Assembly: GCF_030684315.1 (NCBI RefSeq)
Contig: NC_081364.1
Location: forward strand, 55,452,152 to 55,516,151
Reading direction: 5' to 3'
DNA: 64,000 nt
DNA from: Stegostoma tigrinum
Lineage: Eukaryota
This document shows positions 37,960 to 50,520 of the stretch, one piece after another. Both the position numbers and the translations under genes were made by a program. Numbering within the stretch: position 1 is the stretch's first letter; each line of letters begins with the position of its first letter. The notes under the pieces were generated by a model. The model saw only the letters and a list, made by a program, of their open reading frames with translations, ran no database searches and had not been told where the DNA came from.

Positions 37960-38390
37960 GTGGATTCCTCAATAGCTTAGCAAAAGAAAGAAAAATTCCA
38001 ACAAATGGTTAACTAGGAGTGTTAAAGATAGCATCAAATTTAAAGAAAAAGCAAATTATTGTACAAAGGCAGGTGACAGGTCAGAAGATTGGACAGATAT
38101 ATAAAACAAAACAAAGAATGACCAAGAAATTAATAAAGAGGGGAAAAATTAGAGTGTGATGGAAAGCTAATCAGAAATATAAAAACAGATAGTAAGAGTT
38201 CTATAAATATTTAAAGAGCTAACAAAGTGAGCATTGGCCTATTAGAAAGACTGGCTGGAGAATTAATAATGGGAAATAAGGATTGATTAGGTCTTTTGCA
38301 TCAGTCTTCATGATAGAGTACTCAGAAACTTGGTCAGCATGGATGCATTGGACCGAAGGGTCTGTTTCTGTGCTGTATGACTCTATGACT
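37960..38390 (+). mobile_element. Degenerate CR1-type fragments (A-rich ORF2 middle plus 3' tail)
   Basis: ataaaaacagatagtaagagtt, gaattaataatgggaaataag, tttgcatcagtcttca, then ggaccgaagggtctgtttctgtgctgtatgactctatgact tail. Confidence 0.6.
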
Positions 38391-41289
38391 CAGGATCTCA
38401 TAACGTAGTGATGTGGCACAATGCAGACAGCTGGTTAAACAAAACAACAAGTATGTTGCATTGACTTCTTTCCATTTGCTATGGTTGTCAACGAATGTCA
38501 AGTGTGCACTAGATAATATCAAGTGCGAGACACACACATTGCAAAGCAATGTCAACAAACTTTACCCTTGTTCGTGAGCCATTTCACCATCCTACATTGT
38601 ACAAAGCCCATACACATGGCTGCTGAGGCAATTTGTTATTAATCTGTACTGTATACAAAGAAATGCTGGAGCTTAAATGAGGAAGAAACACAACTGTGTA
38701 AGGCTGTAAATAAACATCAGGTCAGCCAACATTTGCTGAAGGGTCCCATTTGAACTTTAAACTTTCTCTTTTATGCCAGGGATGAGAACATAATTAGCTA
38801 ATATTACAGAAGGAAGATCAATGCTCTACATCTTCCCATTTTTCCTGCATACACGGACACAGAGCCAGGGACATGATAGTCATAACAGACGGGATGTAGA
38901 TCTTACTAGAATTCTTCAAAATATAGATTATAGGGCCAGCAAGAAATGATTTATAGCTCCTAGTAGTCTGAACTAATAATGAAAACATGTGCAAGCAATT
39001 CTCCACAGGCCAAGAACAGGAATGAAAATCTCTTCACACTATCCCCACACAGTATTTAGTTTAATTTGCTTGGCTGAAGAAAAGTCAAACTTCTAGTTTG
39101 TTTTTGTTTGAAACGTGCCAGTATTCTACACCCGTCCTCTTGAAGATATGAATCCAGGAATACCAGATGCTTGTTGCAGAGGCATCTTTTATGCATGAGT
39201 TTTAACAGCAAGTAGCAGCAGGTTAGTTAAATCTGCTGTTCATCACAGCATGGTTGATCCTTTCCACACTCAAACTCTGCACTCTAGCACCGTCACTTAA
39301 ATAGCGATGAGGAGTAAAATCCCTGATCTGAACTTAATGGGTAGCGAGAAATACAACAACACTGTTGCTACTCCTGCTATGATCAGCACAACCAACACTA
39401 CTTCTCTTTCAGGAACATTAATGAATCTTCTGTGGCATGACGAGTTCAAATCGCATGCCGTATTCCAGCAACAGGAATGTCAAAACACAGAACACAATGA
39501 CATCGTCCTCTCAGATGGAGCAGTTTCTGAACTGGGCGTTAGGTCCTTTTAAATGAAGTAATTTTAATTCTCATCAATCTGTAGTTACATTAGAGGCTAA
39601 TTCCTGTTCCCAGGGAGGCTCACAGACTTGTAAATATCCAGTTTCCAAAATGACCACCTTTCTGCCTATGTTCTGACTTTTTGAAAAACATTCAGAGACG
39701 AGGGGGCTGATTCCATTTTTCTGTAAGAAACCAGAATAAGTTGCTAATATACACAGGAAAGGGATAAAGAACAGAACATTTGAAATGGATTTGGAGATCG
39801 AAATAGACAAGTTCTGACCATGAGACAAACTGTGTTGTTAAATTTTGTAAGCGATGTGTCTTTTAAGAAATGACACGGCCAATTGGATTAGGAAACTTGA
39901 TAGTCTTGCAAGGTCTAAAATGTACCACTTTGAAATAAATAGAAAACATTGAATGGGTTGGCCGCTTTGAACGTGTGCATATAGATGCTTGTAAAATACA
40001 TTGTGCACCTTGCTACCCCATCTCCTGGTTTACAAGGGGGCAGTGGAGGCATCAGATGACCTATCATTCCCAGGACTAATGAGACCCTTTTGTGACCATT
40101 AAATATTTTTATTGGTTGAAGGTGGAGCCCTGACCAGTTCTATTAAGTGGACTGTGTGTCCCAGGTTGGACGGTTGGGAACAATGTTTGATTTAGGGGTT
40201 TTCCTGTGATCATCAGAGGCACACACCATATACCTGCCCAAAAAAACATTATATACTCTCATTTAACTGTATCCTAGCTGGTCTCACCAGATTGCTCCCA
40301 CACCCAACATTTATATCTTCTTCATTGGGGCTTGTCTCCAAGCCAGATTATGCTACTACCCAAAACTTATCTTCAGATGATCTCTGCAACCTTTTTCAGT
40401 GGCTACCTGTGGACCCGATTAAGGCCACTGGTTGAAGTTGATGCTACGGATAGGAACGTCCTTCCAGTTAGGGGTAGAAGTCTCAGTCTGAGTCAATTAA
40501 TGACCAATCGAGCGTTAAATGTCAGAGACTGGGGTCAGGGGTGAGTTCATGTTATGGGGTGTCAGGGAGAGGAGATGGCAGGGAATATGGCGCCATTTAA
40601 AATCCAGCCCCGTGACCTGCAATTGCTGCAGCTAAGTGGATCGTTCCCAGTAGATGGTGGCATGTTAGTTAGCCAGTATATTTCTTTTTGTTGACTCAAG
40701 GGATGGGGGCATTACTGGCCCAGCCAGCAATTATTGTTGCATAGATTTGTAAATTAAGCAACTGGTTGCTTTTCTGAAAGGAAAGGGTTAATTCTGAGAA
40801 TAAAAAGTGATCAGTGTCAAATCTAGAGGTGCCTGCATGAACTAGGTTGGAGTGGGAACTGGTAAGATGAAAATTAATAAATAATCTGAAAACATTGGTG
40901 TTATTTGTCAGCTGTAATTATCAGGTCATTTGCACAGTACTCTCCAGGAGTAAAAAAGAGCAAATTCTCATTGATTATTGACACAATCTTCTGCAATTTC
41001 CCAGTCGCACTGGTAGTAGGGTCATCAAGACTGACGAAATGCAGTTATTGGAGGCTTCATCACATGGCTTTCTCCCTCTGAGCTCCTGCTTCAGTAGTCC
41101 ATCACATTTATCCTCACTTACTGCAGCTTTTGAAAAGTGTTTCCCATTACCAAATTGAAAGATTCTTGACTGTCCATCAAGTGGCCTTTTTCCACATCTT
41201 TCAATACTTTTGCAATTTGTCAACAGAAATGTCAGAAGAAAATGTAAAAAAACTTTTTCAAAAATGCAATCCTTCAAGTTCTCGACACA

Positions 41290-41610
41290 GAGAGGTGATG
41301 GTCTAGTGGTATTATCGTTAGACCCTTAAGCCATATACTCAGCTAACAGCTGGGTTCAAATCCTGCCACGGCAGATGGTGGAATCTGGATCTGATAAAAA
41401 TTTGGAATTAAGATTCAAATGGTAATTATGAATCGATTGTTGGTAAATACCATCTGGTTCACCTTTGTCCTTTAGGAAAGAAAACTGCCATTCTTGTCTG
41501 GCCTACATGTGAGACCAGACCCATAGCAACATGCTTGACTCTTCAAAACCTGATGGGCAATAAATGCTGCCAAGCCAGTGGCACTCATCCTAAGAAATAA
41601 TAAAAGAAAA
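41290..41610 (+). mobile_element. SINE family B
   Basis: gaggtgatggtctagtggtattatc...gggttcaaatcc (B box)...gatgggcaataaatgctg. Confidence 0.8.
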
Positions 41611-41987
41611 TTCCACATTGATCCTAGAGACTAGGCAACACTGCACTTTTAATAATTCTCAAGGAAATGTCATTGTGCATATCTTCTTCCTATCTAACCT
41701 CCCTTGGGAAATCTCGTTGCTTCTTATGAAATAAAATATCGTCTTATGCTTGGGCATCTGGGATAGTGAACCAGAAAATGAACCATCAAGGATGTTAGAG
41801 TTCACACAGGAAATAGCTTGAGATGTTAGCTTGTATATATTTTTTTAAACTTTTAAAGAAAATAAAACCATACAACACTATGACGGACAAGCATTCTTGG
41901 TCAAGCTAAATATTAAAATTATTTATATTTAAAGACAATACAGAGAAATGCAGATCAGGTAACAATAAACTACTTAACATTCACAGA

Positions 41988-43110
41988 GATAATGGGAACT
42001 GCAGATGCTGGAGAATCCAAGATAATAAAATGTGAGGCTGGATGAACACAGCAGACCAAGCAGCATCTCAGGAGCACAAAAGCTGATGTTTTGGGCCTAG
42101 ACCCTTCTTCAGAGAGGGGGATGGGGTGAGGGTTCTGGAATAAATACGGAGAGAGGGGGAGGCAGACTGAAGATGGAGAGAAAAGAAGATAGGTGGAGAG
42201 GAGAGTATAGGTGGGGAGGTAGGGAGGGGATAGGTCAGTCCAGGGAAGACGGACAGGTCAAGGAGGCGGGATGAGGTTAGTAGGTAGGAAATAGAGGTGC
42301 GGCTTGAGGTGGGAGGAAGGGATGGGTGAGAGGAAGAACAGGTAAGAGAGGCGGAGACAGGCTGGGCTGGTTTTGGGATGCGGCGGGGGAAGGGGAGATT
42401 TTGAAGCTTGTGAAGTCCATATTGATACCATTGGGCTGCAGGGTTCCCAAGCGGAATATGAGTTGCTGTTCCTGCAACCTTCGGGTAGCATTGTTGTGGC
42501 ATTGCTGGAGGCGAACCATATAACTCCTCTTCCCATTCTTTAGGCGACATGCCCATCATGGGCCTCCTGCAGTGCCACAATGATGCCACCCGAAGGTTGC
42601 AGGAACAGCAACTCATATTCCGCTTGGGAACCCTGTAGCCCAATGGTATCAATGTGGACTTCACAAGCTTCAAAATCTCCCCTTCCCGCACCGCATCCCA
42701 AAACCAGCCCAGTTCGTCCCCTCCCCCCACTGCATCACACAACCAGCCCAGCTCGTCACCTCCCCCCAGTGCATCCCAAAACCAGCCCAGCCTGTCTCGG
42801 CCTCCCTAACCTGTTCTTCCTCTCACCCATCCCTTCCTCCCACCTCAAGCTGCACCTCCATCTCCTACCTACTAACCTCATCCCACCTCCTTGACCTGTC
42901 CGTCTTCCCTGGACTGACCTATCTCCTCTCTACCTCCCCACCTGTACTCTCCTCTCCGTCTTCGGTCCGCCTCCACCTCTCTCCCTATTTATTCCAGAAC
43001 CCTCTCCCCATCCCCCTCTCTGATGAAGGGTCTGGGCCCGAAATGTCAGCTTTTGTGCTTCTGAGATGCTGCTTCGCCTGCTGTGTTCATCCAGCTTCAC
43101 ACTTTGTTAT
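41988..43110. mobile_element. Penelope-like element, inverted (tail-out) double 3' end with GIY-YIG C-terminus and two hammerhead-like cores
   Basis: Two opposed arms meet near 42512. Each encodes ...QCHN.ATRRLQEQQLIFRLGTL(Q/*)PNGIN.DFTSFKISP. 15-bp TSD cttaacattcacaga (41973-41987) / cttaaccttcacaga (43111-43125). Confidence 0.93.
42693..42790 (+). repeat. 39-bp minisatellite (~2.5 copies) within Penelope arm
   Basis: gcatc(c/a)ca(a/c)aaccagcccag units start at 42693, 42732 and 42771. Confidence 0.85.
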
Positions 43111-45669
43111 CTTAACCTTCACAGATACAAGATTAGGGTCCAATTTCATAAATCATTATGAGATTCCAAGAGTCGATTTATCAGAATTCTTTACAAATAT
43201 GGTTTTAATTTGTTAAGACACTGGCCATGTCACAGCATCCTCCAGTTAATAATACTTTTGAAGTGGAGTCCACGTTATAAAGTAGGAAACACCACCAATT
43301 TGGACACAACTAAATCCCACAGACTTCAAATGATAATGGCAGAAGATCTGTATTTGTGACTCTGATTGAGGGACAAATATTGATCAGAAATCACCCTTCA
43401 TTGAAATAGCACCATCAAAACTTTTACATCCACCTGAGGGCAGCCAGGGCCTTAGTTCAACATCTGAAAGATGACAAGAGTGTCCTGCACTGCTGTGATG
43501 GCCACAATCTTTATGCTGAAGTCCTGGGATCTTATGGTTCAGAGGGAGAGTCTACCAACCTAATTACCATTATTTAAGTTTAGGATACAGTTCTGATCTC
43601 TAAGTATCATGGAGTTCTGACTCACTGAGGGAATGTGGACTAAAACATTTGCCCTGCATACAAGCTTTCGAACTGACCAAAAGCTATTTCACATTTTGTG
43701 AGGAGGCCTAAAAGGAAACTGCTTGAAAATCGAATTGTAGCCAAAAGCTGCAATTGGCCGGCAGCAATGACTATGTCCCCCAGATAGAGAATCCTCGAAA
43801 GGGAAAAACCATCACAAACAAACGATTAGGAGTGCTCGCTTGCTTTCTTTGGCACACACAGCATAAGAATTATCCATGTTTTGAGTCGACAGGACTGTGC
43901 ATGATCATTTAGAGTGGGAGGCCTGTCATACACCAAGCCTCACTTGCATCTCGGCAAGGTATTGTTTGGTTACAATGATCAGGGTGTACCTGTGAAACTG
44001 AAGTATAATGTTTTGCATGCGTTCGCAGCCATCAGCTGATCCACAGTCAAAGGTTTTTGTTGAGATAGGGGGCATGCTGATTACCGGCCATTGCTCAGTT
44101 TATCGTAGGTTGCGGTAGGCCTAGAGGGGTTTTGAGTGAGTGTGAGCCCTCTCTAAACAATCTGCTGCTATGATCACATTGCTCGCTCTTCAGGGGTGGT
44201 CCTGTTTATTTCATAGCTGCTCTCTCAATATCCAGAGGTTACTTTAACTATTCAGTCCCTCATTAACAGGGCTGGGAGCTGTGACTCTCCCCTAACTTGA
44301 ACAAGAGCTCACAAGAGCTCATCGGATTTCAAACCAGTTAAATTTGCACTCCAAGCAGCAGTGTTAAGTTGCCTGGGAGGTTCTGACAATGGAGTTCATT
44401 TGAAAGTCTCTGTTGTGTTGCTTGGCTTAGATGAGTTTAAAAAAATCTGTTTCCTATAATCTGAAACAAGACAGATTGTCAGGGTGGTTACATAAGGTTC
44501 ATGCTGATACTGACAAAAGACTTACTTTACTGTGCACTTTGATCATTTGATACATTGAGGATACGCAGCCCCTTCCGAAGGTTATTAATCAGGCTAAATG
44601 AAATGCAAGTACCACTGCAGCGATCCTGCTAATTCTTGTAACAAGCACAGTTATCACTGCAGAAATACGTAAAAGGCCAATCACCAAGAGATTCATGGTG
44701 GCTGCTCAGTTTCTGATGTTTTGAAAGGGTCAAGGGAAGCTGCAGGAAAACTTCCACCAATTAGACTTCAAATGCATCTCTCCCGCGGTGAAGGGAAGTG
44801 AAAGCAGGCCAACTTCACACGATCACACACCTCACGGTTCAAACCGTTACAAGGTGAGCTGTGAAGCTGCTCTAATGGCTGGGAGGGCAAGGTTAGTAAT
44901 GCTCAAAACAATCATGAATGTTCTGAGATGCTTCTTTGTGGATCTTGTGCTTTAAACTATAGCTTGTAAAAGGTTTTTGTAAAATCAATGATCTTAATAC
45001 TGTCCCAGTTCAGGAAGAAATCCTCAGGCATCTCAACATAAAGTGATAATTTATGGCTTGTGGCATTATCAAAACATTTCTACTAGACTAGACAAATGTT
45101 TTGGATTGTATGGCATTTATCAGCAGAGGTCAGAAAACCACACATCTTACTAGTGCATTGTTAGCTTATTTCACCCAGAAGAAGTGGTTGAACCAGTTCA
45201 GACAGCCTCAAAATCCCTTGAGCGAAAGGACATAAACTGGGGGTTCATTTCTAATTGGTGTTCTTTGAGCTCTCCTGCTAAGTAAAATTATAGACATTAA
45301 AAAAAGAACGTGGATTGAATAATAGGAACTGCAGCAGAGAGTTTGATAGCACCTTTCAAGCCCATGACTTTCATCATCTAAAAGGATAAAGCAGATAAAT
45401 GGAAACACCACTGCCTGCGAGCTTCCTCTAAGACATACACTATCCTGATTTATAACAATGTTGCTGTTTCTTCACTGTTGCTGGATCAAAATTCTGGTTA
45501 CCCTTTCCCAACAGCACTGGAAGGAGTTCAAGATGGCAGATCACCACACTACGTTTTGTCGAACAAATATGATAGGCAGAAGCTGTTTGCCTTGCCAACA
45601 GCATCCACACCTCAGGTATATATATATATATTCAAAAATCAAGTCCTGGTCAGTCTGAATCTCAATTAC

Positions 45670-45965
45670 CGAGCACAGTGGCTCAGTGATTAGCATTGCT
45701 GCCTCATAGCGCCAGGACCTGGGGTTTGATTCCAGCCTTGGACAACTGTCTGTGTGGAGTTTGCACATTGTCCCTGAGTCTGGTCGGGTTTCCTCCCCCA
45801 GTCCAAAGATGTGCAGGTTAGGCCATACTAAATTGCCCTAAGTGTTCAGGGACATGTAGCTTAGGTGGGTTATAGGGGGATGAGTCTGGGTGGGATGCTC
45901 CAAGCGTTGGTGTGGGCTTGTTGGGCTGAAGGGACTGTCTCCACACTGTAGGGATTCAGTGATGC
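45670..45965 (+). mobile_element. HE1-type SINE
   Basis: gcacagtggctcagtgattagcattgctgcctcatagcgccaggacc...tgtgtggagtttgcacatt...cacactgtagggattc. Confidence 0.9.
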
Positions 45966-46436
45966 ATAAATTCATGTTGGAAGTCAATCAGTCCTAGGTG
46001 TTCCCTACCTAGGTTTCTCACTCTCAAGCTGAACGCTAATTTCTAAAACATCATGATCACTATTTTTCAGGGGATTTTTTTTACTCTGAGATCATTTATT
46101 AAGCCTCCCTTATTACACATTACCAGATTTAAAGAAGATGAAAAAATCCTTAGGGAATGCAAAAACATGATGTCTGTCTCCTCTGTTTTGCAATTGCAAA
46201 GTCAGTAACACAAAGGTGAAATTATTGACCTATGCTGTAAGTGGTATTGACACTGCTGCTTTGTTCTAGCATTGGGGCTGGCACCAAGGTTTGTGAACCA
46301 AAAGGGACTCAACTGTTAACAAGTTGCTACTGGGCTCATGGAAATGAGACTGCTGTGGATGACAAGGGCCACATCCCAACTAAAAATGACAGTTGGAACC
46401 TGATTAGCTGAACAGCTTGTGGGTATAAGCAATATT

Positions 46437-46959
46437 AGAACATAGAACATAGAACATAGAACAGTACAGCACAGAACAGGCCCTTCAGCCCACAATGTTG
46501 TGCCGACCATTGATCCTCATGGATGCACCCTCAAATTTCTGTGACCATATGCATGTCCAGCAGTCTCTTAAATGACCCCAATGACCTTGCTTCCACAACT
46601 GCTGCTGGCAACGCATTCCATGCTCTCACAACTCTCTGCGTAAAGAACCTGCCTCTGACATCCCCTCTATACTTTCCACCAACCAGCTTAAAACTATGAC
46701 CCCTCGTGCTAGCCATTTCTGCCCTGGGAAATAGTCTCTGGCTATCGACTCTATCTATGCCTCTCATTATCTTGTATACCTCAATTAGGTCCCCTCTCCT
46801 CCTCCTTTTCTCCAATGAAAAGAGACCGAGCTCAGTCAACCTCTCTTCATAAGATAAGCCCTCCAGTCCAGGCAGCATCCTGGTAAACCTCCTCTGAACC
46901 CTCTCCAAAGCATCCACATCTTTCCTATAATAGGGCGCCCAGAACTGGACGCAGTATTC
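46437..46959 (-). mobile_element. Young 5'-truncated CR1/HER1-type LINE with (TTCTATG)n tail and CAATATT TSD
   Basis: Uninterrupted 143-aa ORF EYCVQFWAPYYRKDVDALERVQRRFTRMLPGL...FTQRVVRAWNALP. CAATATT at 46430-46436 and 46960-46966. Confidence 0.95.
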
Positions 46960-47429
46960 CAATATTGTCAGAAGCTTCTGGACCTCTGGAAGGAAGTAAA
47001 AGGAACCAGAAAAGCTTTAGAAGGGCAAGTCCTGGAAAACAAAAGAATCTCTTAGAAAACCCTGTGGACAGAGGCCATTGAACTGTTTCCCATGGTTTTT
47101 CTCTCCATCCATAACACCAAACCTTTTTTGGCTGTATGTGCCTGTCTGCATGTCCACATAAGGGAAGTTCCATAAGGGAGTTAGAGTTTTAACAAGTCTA
47201 CGTCAACAGTTTACAGATTGTTTTTATCTGTAGCTAGAACTTATTTATTTGTATTAAATAGTAATTCTTCTAAGTATAGAAACCTGGTCTGTGTTTCCTG
47301 TTCGCCTCAGTTTAAGCAGATAGGTAATTTGGTATTTTTGTGTACTTTGCTACAATCTATTCACTTTTGAGAACACTTTGTTAATAGTGGGGCGTGATTT
47401 CCAGTGGACTATCTCAGTGAGGCAAGGTA

Positions 47430-48380
47430 TTTCACAATGACAGGTGTCAACCCAACTGTCTCCTTCTCTTTTTGAGTAAAGGAATTATAATGGCAGTTTC
47501 CAGTCTTCCAGCACTTTTCCAAAATCTAAGGATTCTTGAAGGATTACTATCAGTTCATCCATTATCTCTGCAGTTAGTTTCTTTACTAATCTGGGAAGCA
47601 TCCCATCAGGTACAGGGACTTATCAGCTTTTATCCTTTACTAGTTTTTTTTCTCTCTGGTAATAGCTGCTATATTAATTTCCTCTCCCACTCTTGATTAT
47701 TTGGTACTTTCAGATTACAATTAGATGTCTTTTATCATCAAGGCTGATGCAATATTTTTGTTCAACTTCACTTCCAACCCCTAGTTCCGTACTGTTATTA
47801 TTTACCCAGCTTCATTCTCTAAGTGATTCATGATCACTTTTACAATTCTCTTCCTTTTTATATATTTAAAATAAGCTCTTGCTACCTGTCCTGAAATCAG
47901 TTGCAAGTTTACCCTCAAAGTTAATTTTTGCTGTTTTTGGTTAAGTTTTGTTGGCTTTCAAACTTTCCCAATGCTATGGTTTATCCCTAATCTTTGCCAT
48001 GTTGTATAATGTTTTTCTTACTATTCTGTCCTTAACTTCTCTGGTCACTTATGGTTGGTTAATCCCCTTCCTAGAATCTTTCTTCCTCATTGGCATATTT
48101 ATTTGTTGTATGTCATGAATATTTTTGTAAACATCTGCCATTGTTCCTCAACTATCTTTGTTGCTACACTCCTGACCCAGCCAACTCTAGCCATATTTGC
48201 CCCTGCTTCTTTGTAATAACCCTTATTTATGTTTACTACAGTTGTTTCCTACCAAAGTTTCTCAGTCTCAATCCAAATGCTAACTTCTACCATGTTATGA
48301 TCACTGCTTTTGAGGGGACCTTGCACTGAGATAACTTATTAAACTTCCCTAATTATATCTTACTAGATTCAAACGAGACC
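47430..48380 (-). mobile_element. Old degenerate CR1-type LINE fragment
   Basis: T-rich reverse of A-rich ORF2 (ccaactgtc..ttttgagtaaagga, catcaggtacagggactt, tgatcactgc). Confidence 0.5.
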
Positions 48381-48519
48381 TGAATATCCTTTGGGAATAC
48401 AAAAAAAAATGTGATGTCTGTCTTATGTTTTGCAATTGCAATTGGTGTGAGGCACAGAAAAATCTGTCTGATCAATTAAGGCAAGGCAAATAAACAAACA
48501 AATAGTATCAAAATACAAT

Positions 48520-48706
48520 AGTTCTTGGAAGTCTGAAATAAAAATACAGAAAATGGGAAAAACTGAGCAGATCTGGCAGTATGTATGTGGAGACAAACAG
48601 AGTTAATATTGCGAGTCCAGGTGACTTCTTTAGGAGAAAAATCATATCAGACTTGAAATATTAACTCTGTTTCTCTTTCTACAGATACTGCCAGACCTGT
48701 GGAGTT
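48520..48706. mobile_element. Palindromic Penelope-derived short insertion (older subfamily)
   Basis: tctggcagtatgtatgtggagacaaacagagttaatatt ... aatattaactctgtttctctttctacagatactgccagacc inverted arms. Confidence 0.7.
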
Positions 48707-50421
48707 CAATCAAGCAAAACTGAATACTGTCTAATCTAAAAAAGATCACAGTGCTCAAAGGTTAATGCTCAAGTATATGCCAATAAGTTAAACAAGAAAA
48801 CAATTCAGCCAAAAGATATAATGCACTTGAATAATGCAATTATGCAATGGTGCTGTCACTAATAGTTCAATCTCATGGCTATGTAACCATTGAACGTTTA
48901 GTCAGGCATTACATTTTTGGACTAAAGAATCATGACTGCCTTAGGTGAGACGGAGCACTGAAACAGGAAGTTTGTAGTTCTAATATCCCAAAGGAAATCA
49001 TTCTAATATTATTAGGCAACGTGGTTCACAACCACACCTCCCCAGTGATAGAAATAATTGACAAACACTTGCAGCAGAAAAACGGTTCCCAGCAAATATA
49101 TATGTTGCTCAACTGAATGCCAGTGTGACCTTCAACAGTCCAAAAGTCAGGATCAATTATCATTCCATAAACAGTGCACTGATTTCATTCAGAGTTTAAC
49201 TATTGATGTTTAATGACTGTTATAACTACCTGCTGTTCACTACAACCTCAAACATGTACTGATGCTTTATTATTGAATTCTGCCTGCTAAGACTCTGTCA
49301 TAGAAGTAGTATGGAACATAAGGAGGCTATTTGTCACCCATCAAGTTTGATTTGGCTCTTCTTCAGAACAATTTAGTTAGTTCATTTTCTTTCTTTATAG
49401 ATCCTTGACTTTTCTCCCTCGAGTATTCATCCAATCTACAGTTGAAGGGTACTAGCTGGCAACGCTCTCCAAATCCTACCTACTCATTGCATAAAATATT
49501 GATTTTTCCTCCTGCCGCTTATAGTTCTTGCGAACCATCTTAAATTCATGCCCTTTGACTATTAATTTCTCAGTCATGGAAAACAGTTTCTTTAGATTTA
49601 GTCCCTCTTCATTATGTTAAATACCTCTATGAAAGCTTGCCTTGATCATCTCCACTTGAAGGAAAACAATTCTAACTAGACCAGTCTATCCCATCCCAAA
49701 TACCTGAACCAGAAATAAATTTCCCCTTCCTCCCCCTCCAAAGCCATCATGTCCTTCCTAAAGTGTTGTGCTCAGAATTATGCATAATATTCCAGCTTGA
49801 ATATCTGACAGTGAGCTTGTTCTAGCAGCCTCTGGTTTAGCTGTGCTGGCTACCTGGGAAGGTATTACCTTAGTCACAATATCTCCAATTTTAAAGTATG
49901 AAGCTTGTGCTCCATGAAATTAACCCAAAGATGTTGAATCCAATAGCATCACTGTGACATAGTCATCAAAAAGGATCTTATTTTCCTTTTTTAGATCTCC
50001 AATTTCCCTGTTCAAAAGAACAAGTTAAAACTGGGAACCATTGCGAAGGAGACCAAAACTGAAAGTGTGAAAAAAAGCCTCATTTTATGTGCATTCAAAC
50101 AGAGTTAATGCTCAGTTCCATATCAAATTAGTTTTTCATGAAAAGAAATGCATCTTGATAGCAGACACAAGGTGATGCAACCATTTGTATAGTAATGGCG
50201 TGCATGGATATGGGGAGAAACCAGAAGATTGGCACCAGATAGTTGAGCTGATGCAGGCACGATGGGCCAAATAGCCTCCTTCTACAGAGTAATAATTGTG
50301 TGTGTGCGCTACCAAAACCATCCTGTTCTCAGTTACTCTAGAAAAGTTAAAAGAGCTGCTGCCCTTCTTGTTGCATAACAGATCAAAATCTTACATTTAA
50401 ACTGAACAGCTGACACACCAT

Positions 50422-50520
50422 GAGATAGCAAGGGCTGCAGATGCTGGAATCAGAACAACACAGTATGGAGCTGGAGGAAGACAGCAGGTCAAGCAGCATC
50501 AGAGGAGCAGGAAAGTTGAC
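50422..50520 (-). mobile_element. Penelope-like 3' tail fragment
   Basis: ctgcagatgctggaatc...ggagctggaggaagacagcaggtcaagcagcatcagaggagcaggaaagttgac. Confidence 0.7.

Noticed and set aside
39240-39560. 81-aa ORF or hydrophobic antisense frame as a hidden exon
   Set aside because: No recognisable domain or splice signals, and the minus frames contain stops.
42693-42790. CRISPR-like repeat array
   Set aside because: Plain 39-bp tandem repeat without unique spacers, in eukaryotic DNA with no cas genes.
42068-42894. 224-aa and other overlapping ORFs as a novel gene
   Set aside because: They are antisense or alternate-frame reads across the Penelope palindrome. Only the GIY-YIG C-terminal frame is meaningful.
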